From NCBI GenBank assembly GCA_963800495.1, contig CAWDBB010000004.1, positions 194,741 to 258,740 of the forward strand: a DNA stretch of 64,000 bases. Reading direction: 5' to 3'. The stretch's first letter is position 1. Each line of letters opens with the position of its first letter. A program made the position numbers and the translations under genes. This document shows positions 37,557 through 50,878 of the stretch, in pieces. The notes beneath the pieces are model-generated. The model made no database searches. It saw only the letters and a list, made by a program, of their open reading frames with translations, and had not been told where the DNA came from. This stretch comes from Candidatus Bathyarchaeota archaeon (lineage in GTDB: Archaea > Thermoproteota > Bathyarchaeia > Bathyarchaeales > Bathycorpusculaceae).

Positions 37557-40051
37557 TTGATTAGCATGCAGCCTTTGCCTAAGGAATACAATTTTGCTGA
37601 GATTGAGCGTAAGTGGCAGCAGAAATGGGAAGAAATGGGCATTTACCATTATGACTGGAACGATAAAGTGCGGGTTCCTTTCAGCATAGATACACCGCCG
37701 CCTTACCCTTCAGGCGAATTGCATATGGGCAACGTCCTTAACTGGACATACTTTGACATGGTAGCACGGTACAAGCGCATGCAAGGCTTCAACGTTTTGT
37801 TTCCACAGGGGTGGGATTGCCACGGACTGGGCATAGAAATCCAAGTTGAAAAAGCCAGAAACATTCGCAAACGCGATGTCCCACCAGACCAATTCCGAGC
37901 CTGGTGCATTGAACTAGTCGAGAAGTACATTGCAATGATGAAGGAAGGCATCCTCAAGATGGGTGCAAGCATAGATTGGACCACCGAATACAAAACGATG
38001 GACCCAGACTATTGGCGCCGCACTCAACTTAGCTTCATTTTGCTTCATAAAAAAGATTACATGTATCGGGGAACTCACCCAGTCAATTGGTGTCCCAGAG
38101 ACGAAACCGCCATCGCCGACGCAGAAGTTGACCACATAAAAAAGGAAGGCACACTTCACTATATCCGGTTCCACCTTGAAGGAAGCAACGAATACCTTCT
38201 AATCGCCACTTCACGCCCCGAGTTTATCCCAGCATGCGTTGCAGTGGAAGTTAACCCCAAAGACGAACGCTACAACAAATACATCGGCAGAAAAATCTCT
38301 GTACCCCTCATGAACCGCGAAGTAACCATCATCCCCGAGGAGTCAGTGGACCCCTGTTTTGGCACGGGCGTCGTCCAAATCTGCACGTACGGCGACAAAG
38401 AAGACGTTAAAACCGTCATAAAACACAAACTCCCAGTCATCAGGCTCCTAACCACAAACGGGCAAATCAGCGAAGCAGGCTGCAAATACGCGGGTTTATA
38501 CGTTAACCAAGCACGCGCAGCCATAGTTGCCGATTTAACCGCTGCAGGACTGCTCGAGAAAACCGAGAAGATTCAGCAGGAAGTCGGCGTCTGCGATCGC
38601 TGCAAAGCCCAAGTAGAAATCCTCGAGGTTAAACAGTGGTTCATGAAAGTTCTACCATTATCCGACGCCGTAGTGAATAACGCCCTCGAAATCCCTTGGT
38701 ACCCCGACTACATGAAAAACCGCTTAATCGACTGGACCCGCGCCTTGGATTGGGATTGGGTTGTCAGCCGCCAACGCCTGTTCGCGACGCCGATTCCAGT
38801 GTGGTACTGCAAAAGCTGCGGCGAAGTCATCGTGGCAGAGGAAAGCTGGGTGCCGATTGATCCCCGAATGGAAAAACCAAGAATTGACAAGTGCCCCAGA
38901 TGCGGCGGAACGGAATTCACGGGTGAAACCGACGTGCTTGACACGTGGATGGATAGCTCAATCACCTGCGCTGTACACGCTGGCTGGCCCGACCGCCCAG
39001 ACTGGAAACACCTGTTCCCCGCAAGCATGCACCCGTCAGCGGCACAGACATAATCCGAACCTGGGCATACTACCTCATGGTACGCCATTTAGCCTTATTC
39101 GACCAGCGACCTTTCAACAGCGTCCTCATAAACGGCATGGTTCTCGGCGCTGACGGCAGAAAAATGAGCAAATCCCTCAAAAACTACGCTGCAGCACCTG
39201 AGGTTCTAAACAAAAGCGGCGCCGACGCAACTCGACAGTGGGCGGCTGGCGGAGGAGCAACAGGCTCAGACATTCCCTTCCGCGTCCAAGACGTCGAATA
39301 TGGCAGACGCTTCCTGACCAAGCTCTGGAACGTCGCTGGGTTTGCAAGTAACCTTTTGGCAGACTACGACCCTAAAGCCTACGCCCAAGTTGACCTGCAA
39401 CCGCTTGATAAATGGATTTTAAGCAAAACTGAAAATCTCATTAAAAAAGTCACCGAAGCTTATGAAAAATGCCAATTCAACATAGCCATCGAAGAAATCC
39501 GCAACTTCACCTGGCACGTCTTCTGCGACTACTACATCGAATCAGTCAAAGACCGACTCTACCGCCAAGAAACAGAAAACCTGCCTGCAAGACGAGCTGC
39601 GCAGCAGACTCTCCACGACGTCTTCTACAAGATTCTGCAGTTGCTAGCACCCATTACACCCCATTTGACTGAGGAAATATACCAAAACATGTACGCTCAA
39701 GCTAAGGGCTTTGTAAGTTTACAAATCACGCCCTGGCCAAAAATGGACAGTGCACTCGTTGATAATACGGCGGAAGAGGAAGGCGACAAAGTGATGGCAC
39801 TAATTGAGGACTTGCGAAGAAAGAAAGCAGCCCAAAAGCTGCCGCTGAACATTCCCATTCTGTCGCTGGAAGTCTACACAACAAACCAATCAAACGCCGA
39901 CCTAATCAACCAAAGCAAAAACGACATAGCCGGAACACTCAAAGTTGTAGGAGACTTCAAAATAATTCCACAAGCTGGCACGGGACAAGAAGTGCCGCAG
40001 TTTCCAGGAGTAATTCCCGTCGCTGTTTTTGGAGTGGCAAATAAAAAATGA
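37557..40051 (+). CDS. valS: Valyl-tRNA synthetase (apparent frameshift at ~39040)
   Basis: DTPPPYPSG.LHMGN, GWDCHG, W.VSRQR, DVLDTWMDSS; second frame resumes GTDIIRTWAYY...KMSKS. Confidence 0.93.
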
Positions 40052-40782
40052 AACGTGTCGGGCTAATTGGCTGCGGCGCAATCGGCACTGTCCTCGCAGA
40101 AGCGATTGAGCGAAAAATCGTGGTCTGCGATGAACTCGTAGTTTTCGATGTCGATTCCGCCAAAGCAAAGAAGCTTAAGGATGCGCTCGATTTTCCCATT
40201 AAGATAGCAGAAAGCGTTGATGAGCTCCTCGCAGCCAAACCCATGGTAATTGTGGAAGCGGCTGGTCAACAAGCCGTCCGCGAATACTATGATAAACTTT
40301 TGGCGTCAAAAGCTGATTTCATCATTATGAGCACGGGCGCACTTTTAGATTTAAACACAAATACGCCTCGACTGCATTTTCCTTCAGGAGCCATTGGAGG
40401 CTTAGACGCGCTCTCTCCTGCCGCTTTAGCTGGAATCAACGAGGTCACGTTGACATCCCGCAAACCCCCAAAAGCACTGGGAAAAACCAACAGCCAAGAA
40501 GAAACCGTCTACGAGGGCTACGCAGAGGAAGCCGCAAGACAGTTCCCAAGAGAAATGAACGTTGCAGCAACATTAGCGTTAACCGTTAAACCCACCAAAG
40601 TCAAAGTGCAAGTAGTATCCGACCCAAGCGTCACACGCAATACCCACCAAATCCACGTCAAATGGCGCTACGGCGAAATGACCATGCAATTCGCTAACGA
40701 CCCCCACCCAGACAACCCCCACACCAGCGCACTCGCAGCATGGTCAGCCATCAACCTGCTAAAATCGCAACTAGAAAAATAA
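40048..40782 (+). CDS. nadX: L-aspartate dehydrogenase
   Basis: GCGAIG, VEAA, STGAL, PSGAIGGLD, RKPP, FP..MNVAATL, NP.TS.LAA.S. Confidence 0.9.
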   Translation: MKRVGLIGCGAIGTVLAEAIERKIVVCDELVVFDVDSAKAKKLKDALDFPIKIAESVDELLAAKPMVIVEAAGQQAVREYYDKLLASKADFIIMSTGALLDLNTNTPRLHFPSGAIGGLDALSPAALAGINEVTLTSRKPPKALGKTNSQEETVYEGYAEEAARQFPREMNVAATLALTVKPTKVKVQVVSDPSVTRNTHQIHVKWRYGEMTMQFANDPHPDNPHTSALAAWSAINLLKSQLEK

Positions 40783-40952
40783 CAACACCAAAAGCTCAGA
40801 ACATTTGGGAAAGCGATTGAACAAAGCAATACCCCACTAAAATGGTATCCATTTCCAATGAGATAGGCACAAACATAAAGAAAGAAACTGACAGTTAAAA
40901 CAAAAATAAAATTTTTAACAAAAAAGAAAAGAAAGAAGAATACGGTTTTATT

Positions 40953-43824
40953 TTACTCAGTTGTGTTTTCGTCGTCTGCGTCTGCTTGGGGGGTTTGGTC
41001 GTTGTTGTCCGCTTCCGTTATCAGTTCCGAATGCGCCGCCTGGGATGCTTCTGAAGGGTGGGACGGAATGTGTGCCTCCCTCCACCAATGAAATAGTTTC
41101 TATTGCTGGTTCTTCAAGAACTTTTTCAAGGGTAGTTTCGATTGGAGCTTGCTCTGTTACTTCGAAGGCTTGGAGTGGAGCTTCAATTACGCGTTGTTCT
41201 TCGTGGGCTGCTTCTGCAATTGCCTCGTTTGCGATGATTGCCTCCGCTTGAGCTTCGACTGGTGTTTCGATTATTGGAGCTGGTTCAACAACTGGAGTTT
41301 CTATCGCTGGAGCTTCTACTGCAATTTCAACTGCTGGAACCTCAATAACTGGAACTTCTTCCACTGCGATTGTTGGTTGCTCGATTGGAGCTGCTTCAAC
41401 AACTGCTACTTGAGCTTCCTCAACGATTGCGGCTGGCACTTCAACTGGTGCTTCGATGATTGGAGCAGCTTCGATTACTTGTTCTTTGACTGTTGGCTCT
41501 GCGATTACTGATTCGGTTACTATTTCAACTGCTGCTTCTGGCTCAGCTGCAACTACTTGAGCATCTTCTATTGGGGCAGCTTCTACAATTGGAGTTTCTT
41601 CAACGATTGGAGCTTCAATTACTGGAGCATCTGCAATGGTTTCAACTGCTGGAGCCTCAACAATTGGGGCTTCCTCAACTGGGATACCTTCAATTGGAGC
41701 TGTCTCTATTGGGGCGGCTTCTTCGACAACTGGAGCTGCTTCAACTGGTACAGCTTCCTCAACAATTGGGACTGCTTCTACAACGATTTCAACTGCTGGA
41801 GCCTCAATAACTGGGGCTACTTCAACAACTGGAGTGCTTTCAACTACTGGAGCGGTTTCAACTGGGGCTTCGATCGTGGCTTGCTCAACTTGAGCTTCCA
41901 CTGGGGCCTCTAAAGGGACCGCTGTCTCCACTGGAGATGCTTCTGCAACTGGAGCTTCAACTGAAACAGTTTCTACTGGAGCACACTCAATTGGGGCCGC
42001 TTCGGCTACTGGAGCTTCTGCAGGGGCAGTTTCAATTGGCGCTGCTTCAACTGGAACTTGCTCGATTGGAGAGGCTTCTTCAACCAGAGCGACTGGAGCT
42101 TCTTCTGCGATTGCTACTGGGACTTCGACTGGTGTTTCAATTATTGGGGCTGCTTCCACTGGAGCTGCTTCGACAACTGGAGCTTCTGCGATTATTGGAG
42201 TTTCGACTGCTGGAGCCTCAACGATTGGAGCTTCCTCAATTGTGGCAGTTTCAACTGGAGCTGCTTCAACTGGTACAGCTTCCTCAACAATTGGGACTGC
42301 TTCTACAACGATTTCAACTGCTGGAGCCTCAATAACTGGGGCTACTTCAACAACTGGAGTGCTTTCAACTACTGGAGCGCTTTCAACTGGGGCTTCGATC
42401 GTGGCTTGCTCAACTTGAGCTTCCACTGGGGCCTCTAAAGGGACCGCTGTCTCCACTGGAGATGCTTCTGCAACTGGAGCTTCAACTGAAACAGTTTCTA
42501 CTGGAGCACACTCAACTGGAGCTGCTTCAACAACTGCTACTTGAGCTTCCTCAACGATTGCGGCTGGCACTTCAACTGGTGCTTCGATGATTGGAGCAGC
42601 TTCGATTACTTGTTCTTTGACTGTTGGCTCTGCGATTACTGATTCGGTTACTATTTCAACTGCTGCTTCTGGCTCAGCTGCAACTACTTGAGCATCTTCT
42701 ATTGGGGCAGCTTCTACAATTGGAGTTTCTTCAACGATTGGAGCTTCAATTACTGGAGCATCTGCAATGGTTTCAACTGCTGGAGCCTCAACGATTGGGG
42801 CTTCCTCAATTGGGGTAACTTCGATTAGAGCTGTCTCTATTGGGGCGGTTTCCTCGACAATTGGAGCTTCAACTAATGCAGCTTCATCAATAATTGGGGC
42901 TGATTCTGCGACCATTTCGACTGCTGGTGCTACTTCAACTATAGCTGGAGCTTCTGCGGATGCGGTTTCGACTGGAGTTGCTTCAACTGGAGCGGCTTCT
43001 TCTATGATTATTGCGGGAGCTTCTTCAACAATTGCCACTGGAGCTTCAATTGGTGTTTCAATTAGGGGAGCTGCTTCAACAACTGGTGTGCTTTCGATTA
43101 CTGGAGCGGTTTCAACTGGGGCTTCGATCGTGGCTTGCTCAACTTGAGCTTCCACTGGGGCCTCTAAAGGGACCGCTGTCTCCACTGGAGCCGCTTCAAC
43201 GATTGACGCAGTCTCTGCTGGAGCACACTCAACTGGAGCTGCTTCGGCTACTGGAGCTTCTGCAGGGGCAGTTTCAATTGGCGCTGCTTCAACTGGGCAA
43301 GTTTCTATAATTGGCGCTGTTTCAACAGGTGTAGCTTCCACGGGGACCTCTAAAGGGACCGCTTCTACCGCCGTTGGTTGAACTGCTGGAGCTTCCATTA
43401 TTGGAGCTGGTTCGGGAGCTTGAATTTGTTGGGCGCAGGGAAAAATTTGGTCAATTGCTTGTTTTATTACGCCTAATTCTGTTCTGGTTGTTTCGAGCGT
43501 GTTTGAGAGAAGATTTATTTCTCGACCATAGCTTTCCTCATCTATTTCTCCTACGACATGTTGGATTTCGTAGTTAGCGAGGAGGGTTTCTAAGGTTTTT
43601 AGTTGACCTTCAAGTTCCAGGGTTTTTGCTTGCATTTTTTCTGCGAGGTCTTTTCGTTGTTTTTCAATTTCAATTATTGCTGAGCTTATGTCGCCTGTGA
43701 ATGAGTCGCGTGTGGCTTGTGAGATTTTGCCTGAAGTAAAAAGGTTGTCTAAGGCTTGCTTCTTTTTATTTGCTATTTCGTATTCTTCATTTAATCGTTT
43801 AAATGTATATTTCCATGAAATCAC
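40953..43824 (-). CDS. CdvA-like coiled-coil protein with very long E/A/P/V/I-rich repeat tail (probable frameshift near 41080)
   Basis: N-terminal KKQALDNL...GKIS...LE.L......HVVGEIDEE.Y...I..L resembles the CdvA coiled coil. GTG 43824 is the likely start. Removing one G gives the acidic end ...DADDENTTE* at 40953. Confidence 0.75.
41386..43200. repeat. Intragenic long direct repeats
   Basis: ~275-bp near-identical copies at ~41386-41661 and ~42517-42792; ~260-bp copies at ~41729-41990 and ~42255-42515; a partial further copy at ~43090-43190; all built on a short 'actggagc..cttca' unit. Confidence 0.9.
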
Positions 43825-44158
43825 GTTTAGGGCACCGTAGCATCCATAGGATAGTTGAGAATTAACGTTTGTTAACATGCACATATATCGCTAACTATTA
43901 ATTTCGGGTGGGTTAGCAGAAAAATGGAAATTTTAACGTTAAAACGGGTTGGGTTTGTATGGGTTTATGTAAATAAATAGTGAAATTTTTCTTGAAATTA
44001 ACCCCAATAAGATAACACTTCTATGTTAACTATCACGTATGCAGAGCAATGTTATGTAGCTATACATGAAAATCAGTTTGAGGATATTCATGAGTGTTTT
44101 TCTTTAGGTTTGACGGGTTCGAGGTTCGTGGAGCAGTTTAATTTGTACATACTTTTCT

Positions 44159-44174
44159 ATGTCTGTTATAACAT
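44159..44174. promoter_or_regulatory. PadR-type operator ATGT-N8-ACAT
   Basis: ATGT-CTGTTATA-ACAT about 70 nt upstream of the PadR gene. Confidence 0.5.
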
Positions 44175-44242
44175 TTTATTCTAAATCAGAATAAATCTTA
44201 TATGTCTAAACAAGAATAAACAATAATAGGAGAGAAAAAAAC

Positions 44243-44614
44243 ATGGTAGCATTAACAATCACAGTAAACGGAGAAAAATCCGAAGCAAGAATAATCAAAA
44301 AAATGCATGAACGCGTAATCAAAAGCTTCATGGACACAATAATAATGTCGGAATTACAAAATGGACCCATAAGCGGATACGACGTGATCTCGTTCATACA
44401 CAACAAATTCGGTTTCCTCGCCAGCTCCGGTACAGTCTATTCCCTACTCTATTCACTTGAACGCAATGGCTTAGTCGAAGGAATATGGATCGAGCGTAAA
44501 AGAGTCTACAAACTCACCGAAAAAGGAGCCAAAACTATCGCAACCATTCTCAACTCACAGGAAAAAATCAAGGGCTTCATGTCAACAATCCTCTCAGCCC
44601 AAATAACCCATTAA
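44243..44614 (+). CDS. PadR-family transcriptional regulator
   Basis: GP.SGYDVI, SSGTVYSLLYSLERNGLV, RKRVYKLTEKG. Confidence 0.9.
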   Translation: MVALTITVNGEKSEARIIKKMHERVIKSFMDTIIMSELQNGPISGYDVISFIHNKFGFLASSGTVYSLLYSLERNGLVEGIWIERKRVYKLTEKGAKTIATILNSQEKIKGFMSTILSAQITH

Positions 44615-44694
44615 TTGTTTCTTTTTACCACTTAAGCAATAGAAATACTAAAAAACCCCTTCGTGTTTTCCTATCAGCCGCAACGAATCTTTGC

Positions 44695-44769
44695 GGGTCC
44701 GTAGCTCAGTCAGGCTAGAGCATCGGACTTTTAATCCGAGGGTCGCGGGTTCAACTCCCGTCGGACCCG
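44695..44769 (+). tRNA. tRNA-Lys(UUU), intronless, CCA not encoded
   Basis: Acceptor GGGTCCG/CGGACCC, D arm GCTC..GAGC, anticodon arm TCGGA-CTTTTAA-TCCGA, T loop GGTTCAACTCC. Confidence 0.96.
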
Positions 44770-44950
44770 CTAAAATTTCGTTACTCGTGTTTTTGTTAGC
44801 GCTCGCGCCCAATATGGTGCCCAGCAGATATGGCTCACGCACTTAAAAACAACTTTTAGGGCAGCCCTTAAGATTTTGAAATTCGCATTTTTAGGTCTCA
44901 TGACTGCGCAACGAGTGGCTTACAATTCTGTTATTGCTAGCTGGTTCTTG

Positions 44951-47180
<2,230 letters not shown>

Positions 47181-47316
47181 TTAAGTCTTAACTATATTAG
47201 ATAAAATACGCTATTGAATAATGAAAGTAGTCCCTCTGCCGCTTTGCTTTCAAAAGTTATTATAACACGATCAAGGGATAACAACAATTTCCCTAACGAC
47301 ACAGCTGGATAGAAAA

Positions 47317-47559
47317 TTATTTTTCCTTTTTGAAAATAACTACTCGTTCTTTATAATTAACCTTACAAGTGTAACTTGAGGAAAGCCCAAGAAGACTTTG
47401 AACACGTTTTTTATTCTTAGGATTTTCCCAAAACACCCGGTAATTAATCGCTGTTTTAGGCAACTGCAAACCCAGTATAGCTCTAAATTCTTGAGATGTG
47501 AATGTAACAGTTTCATCTGGATTACCAAGATGACCTGAATATGACTGGTTTTTGTACAT
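47317..47559 (-). CDS. Small hypothetical protein
   Basis: 80-aa ORF with GAGG RBS; VTFT..E...ILG..LP..A.....FW.N pattern. Confidence 0.5.
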   Translation of the reverse strand: MYKNQSYSGHLGNPDETVTFTSQEFRAILGLQLPKTAINYRVFWENPKNKKRVQSLLGLSSSYTCKVNYKERVVIFKKEK

Positions 47560-47700
47560 TCGCTAACCTCGATTATTATAGTTTGAATGTCTCGAGGTAA
47601 TGCTAAAAGACTTATGAATTCAAGATTCACAAAAATTAAGGCACACATTACTTTGTTAATAATCCGTAAGATAGAAAAAGGCATCCACCGAAATACAATT

Positions 47701-48471
47701 ATGCCAAAACCTAATCAAGTCCATGAAACCCCAAAGCCCCGTTGCCTGTGGCTCGATGAATTAAGCACCGTTGAAGCAGAAAAAGCCGCAAAAGACGGCT
47801 CAGTCGTGATTTTTCCTGTAGGAAGTGTCGAAGAACACGGCGACCATTTGCCCCTTTGCACCGACAGCATACAGCCCGAATACATCGCATTAGAAGTTGC
47901 CAAAAAAACCGGCTGCCTAGTCGCGCCCCCCTTCAGATACGGCATATGCAACGCCACCCGCAATTTTCCTGGAACCCTAACCATAGAGTTCGACACGCTC
48001 TACAGAGTAGCGCATGATGTTTTGTCGGAGCTTGTCCGCAACGGCTTTTGCCGAATCATTGTGTTAAGCGGTCACGCCGGAAACTCGCATATGGTTGCGT
48101 TGAGGCTTGCAGCCCAAGACATCATCGTAAAAAATGATGAGCCACAGGGTGTGGGTAAAGTGCGGATTATGGTGTTGTCTGATTTTGATTTTGCGGAAGA
48201 ATTAACTCCTAAATACGCCAGCGTAAACGACGGGCACGCAGGCACGCTTGAAACATCACGTGTTATGGCGATTAAGCCTGAACTAGTTAAAGCTAAAGGC
48301 AAAGCAGACATTTGGCGTATGCCCCGTTTTGAGGTTGTGTCGCATCCTGAACTTTATTTTCCAAGCGGAGTCAACGGAGACCCAACAGCAGCATCTCAAG
48401 AGAAGGGACAAAAAATAAACGAGTACATCATTAAGCAGGTAGAGAAGTTAGTAAAAGAGCTTAAACAATAA
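47701..48471 (+). CDS. Creatininase/ArfB/MftE-family amidohydrolase
   Basis: PVGSVEEHGDHLPL.TD, FPGT, GHAGN, HAG..ETS, SGV.GDP..A; start set at ATG 47701. Confidence 0.9.
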   Translation: MPKPNQVHETPKPRCLWLDELSTVEAEKAAKDGSVVIFPVGSVEEHGDHLPLCTDSIQPEYIALEVAKKTGCLVAPPFRYGICNATRNFPGTLTIEFDTLYRVAHDVLSELVRNGFCRIIVLSGHAGNSHMVALRLAAQDIIVKNDEPQGVGKVRIMVLSDFDFAEELTPKYASVNDGHAGTLETSRVMAIKPELVKAKGKADIWRMPRFEVVSHPELYFPSGVNGDPTAASQEKGQKINEYIIKQVEKLVKELKQ

Positions 48472-48524
48472 TTAGTTTGGATAAAGAAAAAGGAAAAATA
48501 GTATGAAAAGCGATGAATGATTGG

Positions 48525-48704
48525 TTACTTCTTAGGCTTCACTGGAGCTTTAGAAGCAGCACTTTTTGCTGAAGCTTTAACTGGCTTCATGGGTTCTTCG
48601 CAACAAATTAGTTCGCAAGTTTCGTCACATTCGCATGGATTCTCGATCAAAACGACAAGGCCGCATTCATCACACTTGTACTGTTCACCTTTCTTTTTTG
48701 CCAA
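48525..48704 (-). CDS. Desulforedoxin-like Cys-rich small protein (59 aa), not in ORF track
   Basis: MAKKKGEQYKCDECGLVVLIENPCECDETCELICCEEPMKPVKASAKSAASKAPVKPKK; TTG start after AGGTGA RBS. Confidence 0.85.
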   Translation of the reverse strand: MAKKKGEQYKCDECGLVVLIENPCECDETCELICCEEPMKPVKASAKSAASKAPVKPKK

Positions 48705-48911
48705 AAAATCACCTTCTAAAAAGCAGCTATATAATGGATTGTTTTCTGAAAATATAAGAATTTCTAGTTGACTAATTTTCTACTTAACTTAAGTTTTGAA
48801 TAACAGAAAAAGTTTAAAGGTCACACAAAAGATAACTAATTAGTGATTTTATGCAGTTTTTCACTTTAACGGACCAATCAAGCGTTAAAGCATAAGGTTC
48901 TCGTCGTACCT

Positions 48912-49283
48912 TTGAGCCAAACAGAAATGAATGAGCTTGTGGGTAAATGCGAGAAATGTATGCCCTCAATCTCTGTTTCGTCTATAATTCAAATTGGACA
49001 CCCATACCTGACCGTTGATTTCGGCGGTGCTGATGCATGGAAAACAGCTATTGCTCTTGACAAAGAATCTGAAGATGGACATAAAATTGGGGATGAACTT
49101 GAGGTTGGAGACATTTTAAATGTGATTTTAACCTCGGACCCTAAGGCTCTAAGTGTTTCGAAGGAAAGAGTTTACATGAACGTGCCTTTGGAAGCGGTTT
49201 TAGCGTTCAGTGTTCTCTACACTGCAGACATCGCAGAGAACTATGCATTATTCAAGATGATTAAGCAGCCTAAAGCCGAATAA
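48912..49283 (+). CDS. Hypothetical protein
   Basis: 123-aa ORF filling the gap; no motif recognised. Confidence 0.6.
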   Translation: MSQTEMNELVGKCEKCMPSISVSSIIQIGHPYLTVDFGGADAWKTAIALDKESEDGHKIGDELEVGDILNVILTSDPKALSVSKERVYMNVPLEAVLAFSVLYTADIAENYALFKMIKQPKAE

Positions 49284-49293
49284 AGGATCTTCG

Positions 49294-49944
49294 TTAACGA
49301 AGGTAACGCAGAAACCAATCGGCTGAATACTTTGCTACTTCTTCAAGCGTGCCAGACTCCTCAAAAAGATGCGTGGCACCAGGAACAATGACTATTTTCT
49401 TTTCATTAGTCATTTGATCCATGGCAAGGCGGTTTAATTCAATAACTTCAGTGTCTAAACCTCCCACTAACAGCAGAGTTGGCGCCACAACTTTTGGAAG
49501 GTATTCTCCTGCGAGGTCAGGGCGTCCTCCACGCGAAACTACTGCTACAATCTCATCTGGAAGTTTTGCAGCCGCTATCAAAGCCGCAGCCGCCCCTGTG
49601 CTTGCCCCAAAGTAGCCGAAAGAGAACCTTTTTGTTAGAAGATCATTTCTCAGCCACTCTGTTGCTCCGATAAGGCGTTTAGCAAGTAAGGTAATGTTGA
49701 ACCTGTATTCAGCAGTTACCATATCTTCTTCTTCCTCTTCGGGAGTAAGAAGATCAAAGAGTAAGGTTCCGATTTTGGCTTTGTTAAATTCTTTTGCAAC
49801 ATATTGATTTCTTGGGCTAAACCTACTGCTACCGCTGCCATGGGCAAATAAAACAACTCCTTTAGCACCAGATGGCAAAGTTAATGTGCCTTCCACTATT
49901 ACGTTGCCGACTGGAATTTTCATTTCTGTTTGGTTATGAATCAT
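49294..49944 (-). CDS. Dienelactone hydrolase-like alpha/beta protein (PRTase-associated)
   Basis: FAHGSGSSRFSPRN, GYFGASTG, VSRGGRPDL, GATHLFEE. Confidence 0.9.
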   Translation of the reverse strand: MIHNQTEMKIPVGNVIVEGTLTLPSGAKGVVLFAHGSGSSRFSPRNQYVAKEFNKAKIGTLLFDLLTPEEEEEDMVTAEYRFNITLLAKRLIGATEWLRNDLLTKRFSFGYFGASTGAAAALIAAAKLPDEIVAVVSRGGRPDLAGEYLPKVVAPTLLLVGGLDTEVIELNRLAMDQMTNEKKIVIVPGATHLFEESGTLEEVAKYSADWFLRYLR

Positions 49945-50612
49945 ACCACAACCGTCCTTGTTGACTTGCGCGCTGTTTGCTTACTTTCGCGTAGCAGTTT
50001 TATTACTTCTTCATCTTCGGTTTGGGAAAAATTAGAGTAGAATTCGCCTATAGCTTGGAAATATTCAGGCTCATACAGACACACCACGCGGTCAGCTATT
50101 TCATTTAACTCTTCAATGGTTGACGGTGGACCAACAGGAACCGCAACGGTCACACTAACGGCGCCCCTATTTTTCACTGAAGCCAAAGCAGCTTTCATGG
50201 TTGACCCAGTTGCTATCCCATCATCCACAACAATAACGTCAAGCCCTTTCAGGTTAGGGTAAGATGTATCATGTCTATACAATTTTAGCCTGCGCTCAAT
50301 TTCCTTTATTTGTCGAGCAGTCTCTTCTTTGATGTATTCTTTGCCGACACCCAAGTAAGCGATTAAGCGATTATCAAGAATAGCGGTTCCGTCTTCGGCA
50401 ACAGCACCTATAGCCAACTCTGGGTTATCAGGGGCGCCAATCTTTCGGGGAATAATTACATCGAGCGGAAGATTGAGCACTTTAGCAATCTCGTAGCCTA
50501 CAACTACGCCGCCTCTCGGAATCGCCAAAACAATACCTTTTTTTCCGGAAAAATCCTTCAAAGATGAAGCTAAACGCTTGCCAGCGTCAACGCGGTTCGT
50601 AAAAAAAGCCAT
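49941..50612 (-). CDS. Phosphoribosyltransferase family protein
   Basis: F.NR.DAG, PRGGV, RKIGAP.NPELA.GA, VDDGIATGST. Confidence 0.9.
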   Translation of the reverse strand: MAFFTNRVDAGKRLASSLKDFSGKKGIVLAIPRGGVVVGYEIAKVLNLPLDVIIPRKIGAPDNPELAIGAVAEDGTAILDNRLIAYLGVGKEYIKEETARQIKEIERRLKLYRHDTSYPNLKGLDVIVVDDGIATGSTMKAALASVKNRGAVSVTVAVPVGPPSTIEELNEIADRVVCLYEPEYFQAIGEFYSNFSQTEDEEVIKLLRESKQTARKSTRTVVV

Positions 50613-50878
50613 TTAAAATTCCTCAATATCTGATAAAATAAATAGTGAAAGGAAATATAAAAAGTGGATACCAACAACTTTTCCTTGCAAAAGGGTTTCA
50701 CAGAGCATTCAAAAAGCACGAGATAGGGTGTTTTCTTTCAAAAAAAGTTTTAGGACACATGTAAAGAAGAGCAGTTTCCAAAATTCTAAATTAAATAATT
50801 CTGTCTAACTTTGCATGCTTGAAAGGACAAAAGATAAGAGAATTCAAGCGTAATACAAACGCGGTACAGTGGCAACTA

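Noticed and set aside
39030-39060. Programmed frameshift or split valS
   Set aside because: No slippery heptamer; one of seven similar indels, so a sequencing error is more parsimonious
41100-43400. Repeat region as a CRISPR array, or the + strand Trp/Leu-rich ORFs as genes
   Set aside because: Repeats are codon-phased, degenerate and lack unique spacers; the + strand ORFs are shadows of the minus-strand low-complexity protein
48517-48771. 84-aa + strand ORF
   Set aside because: Antisense to the desulforedoxin-like gene, which has the RBS and a recognisable motif
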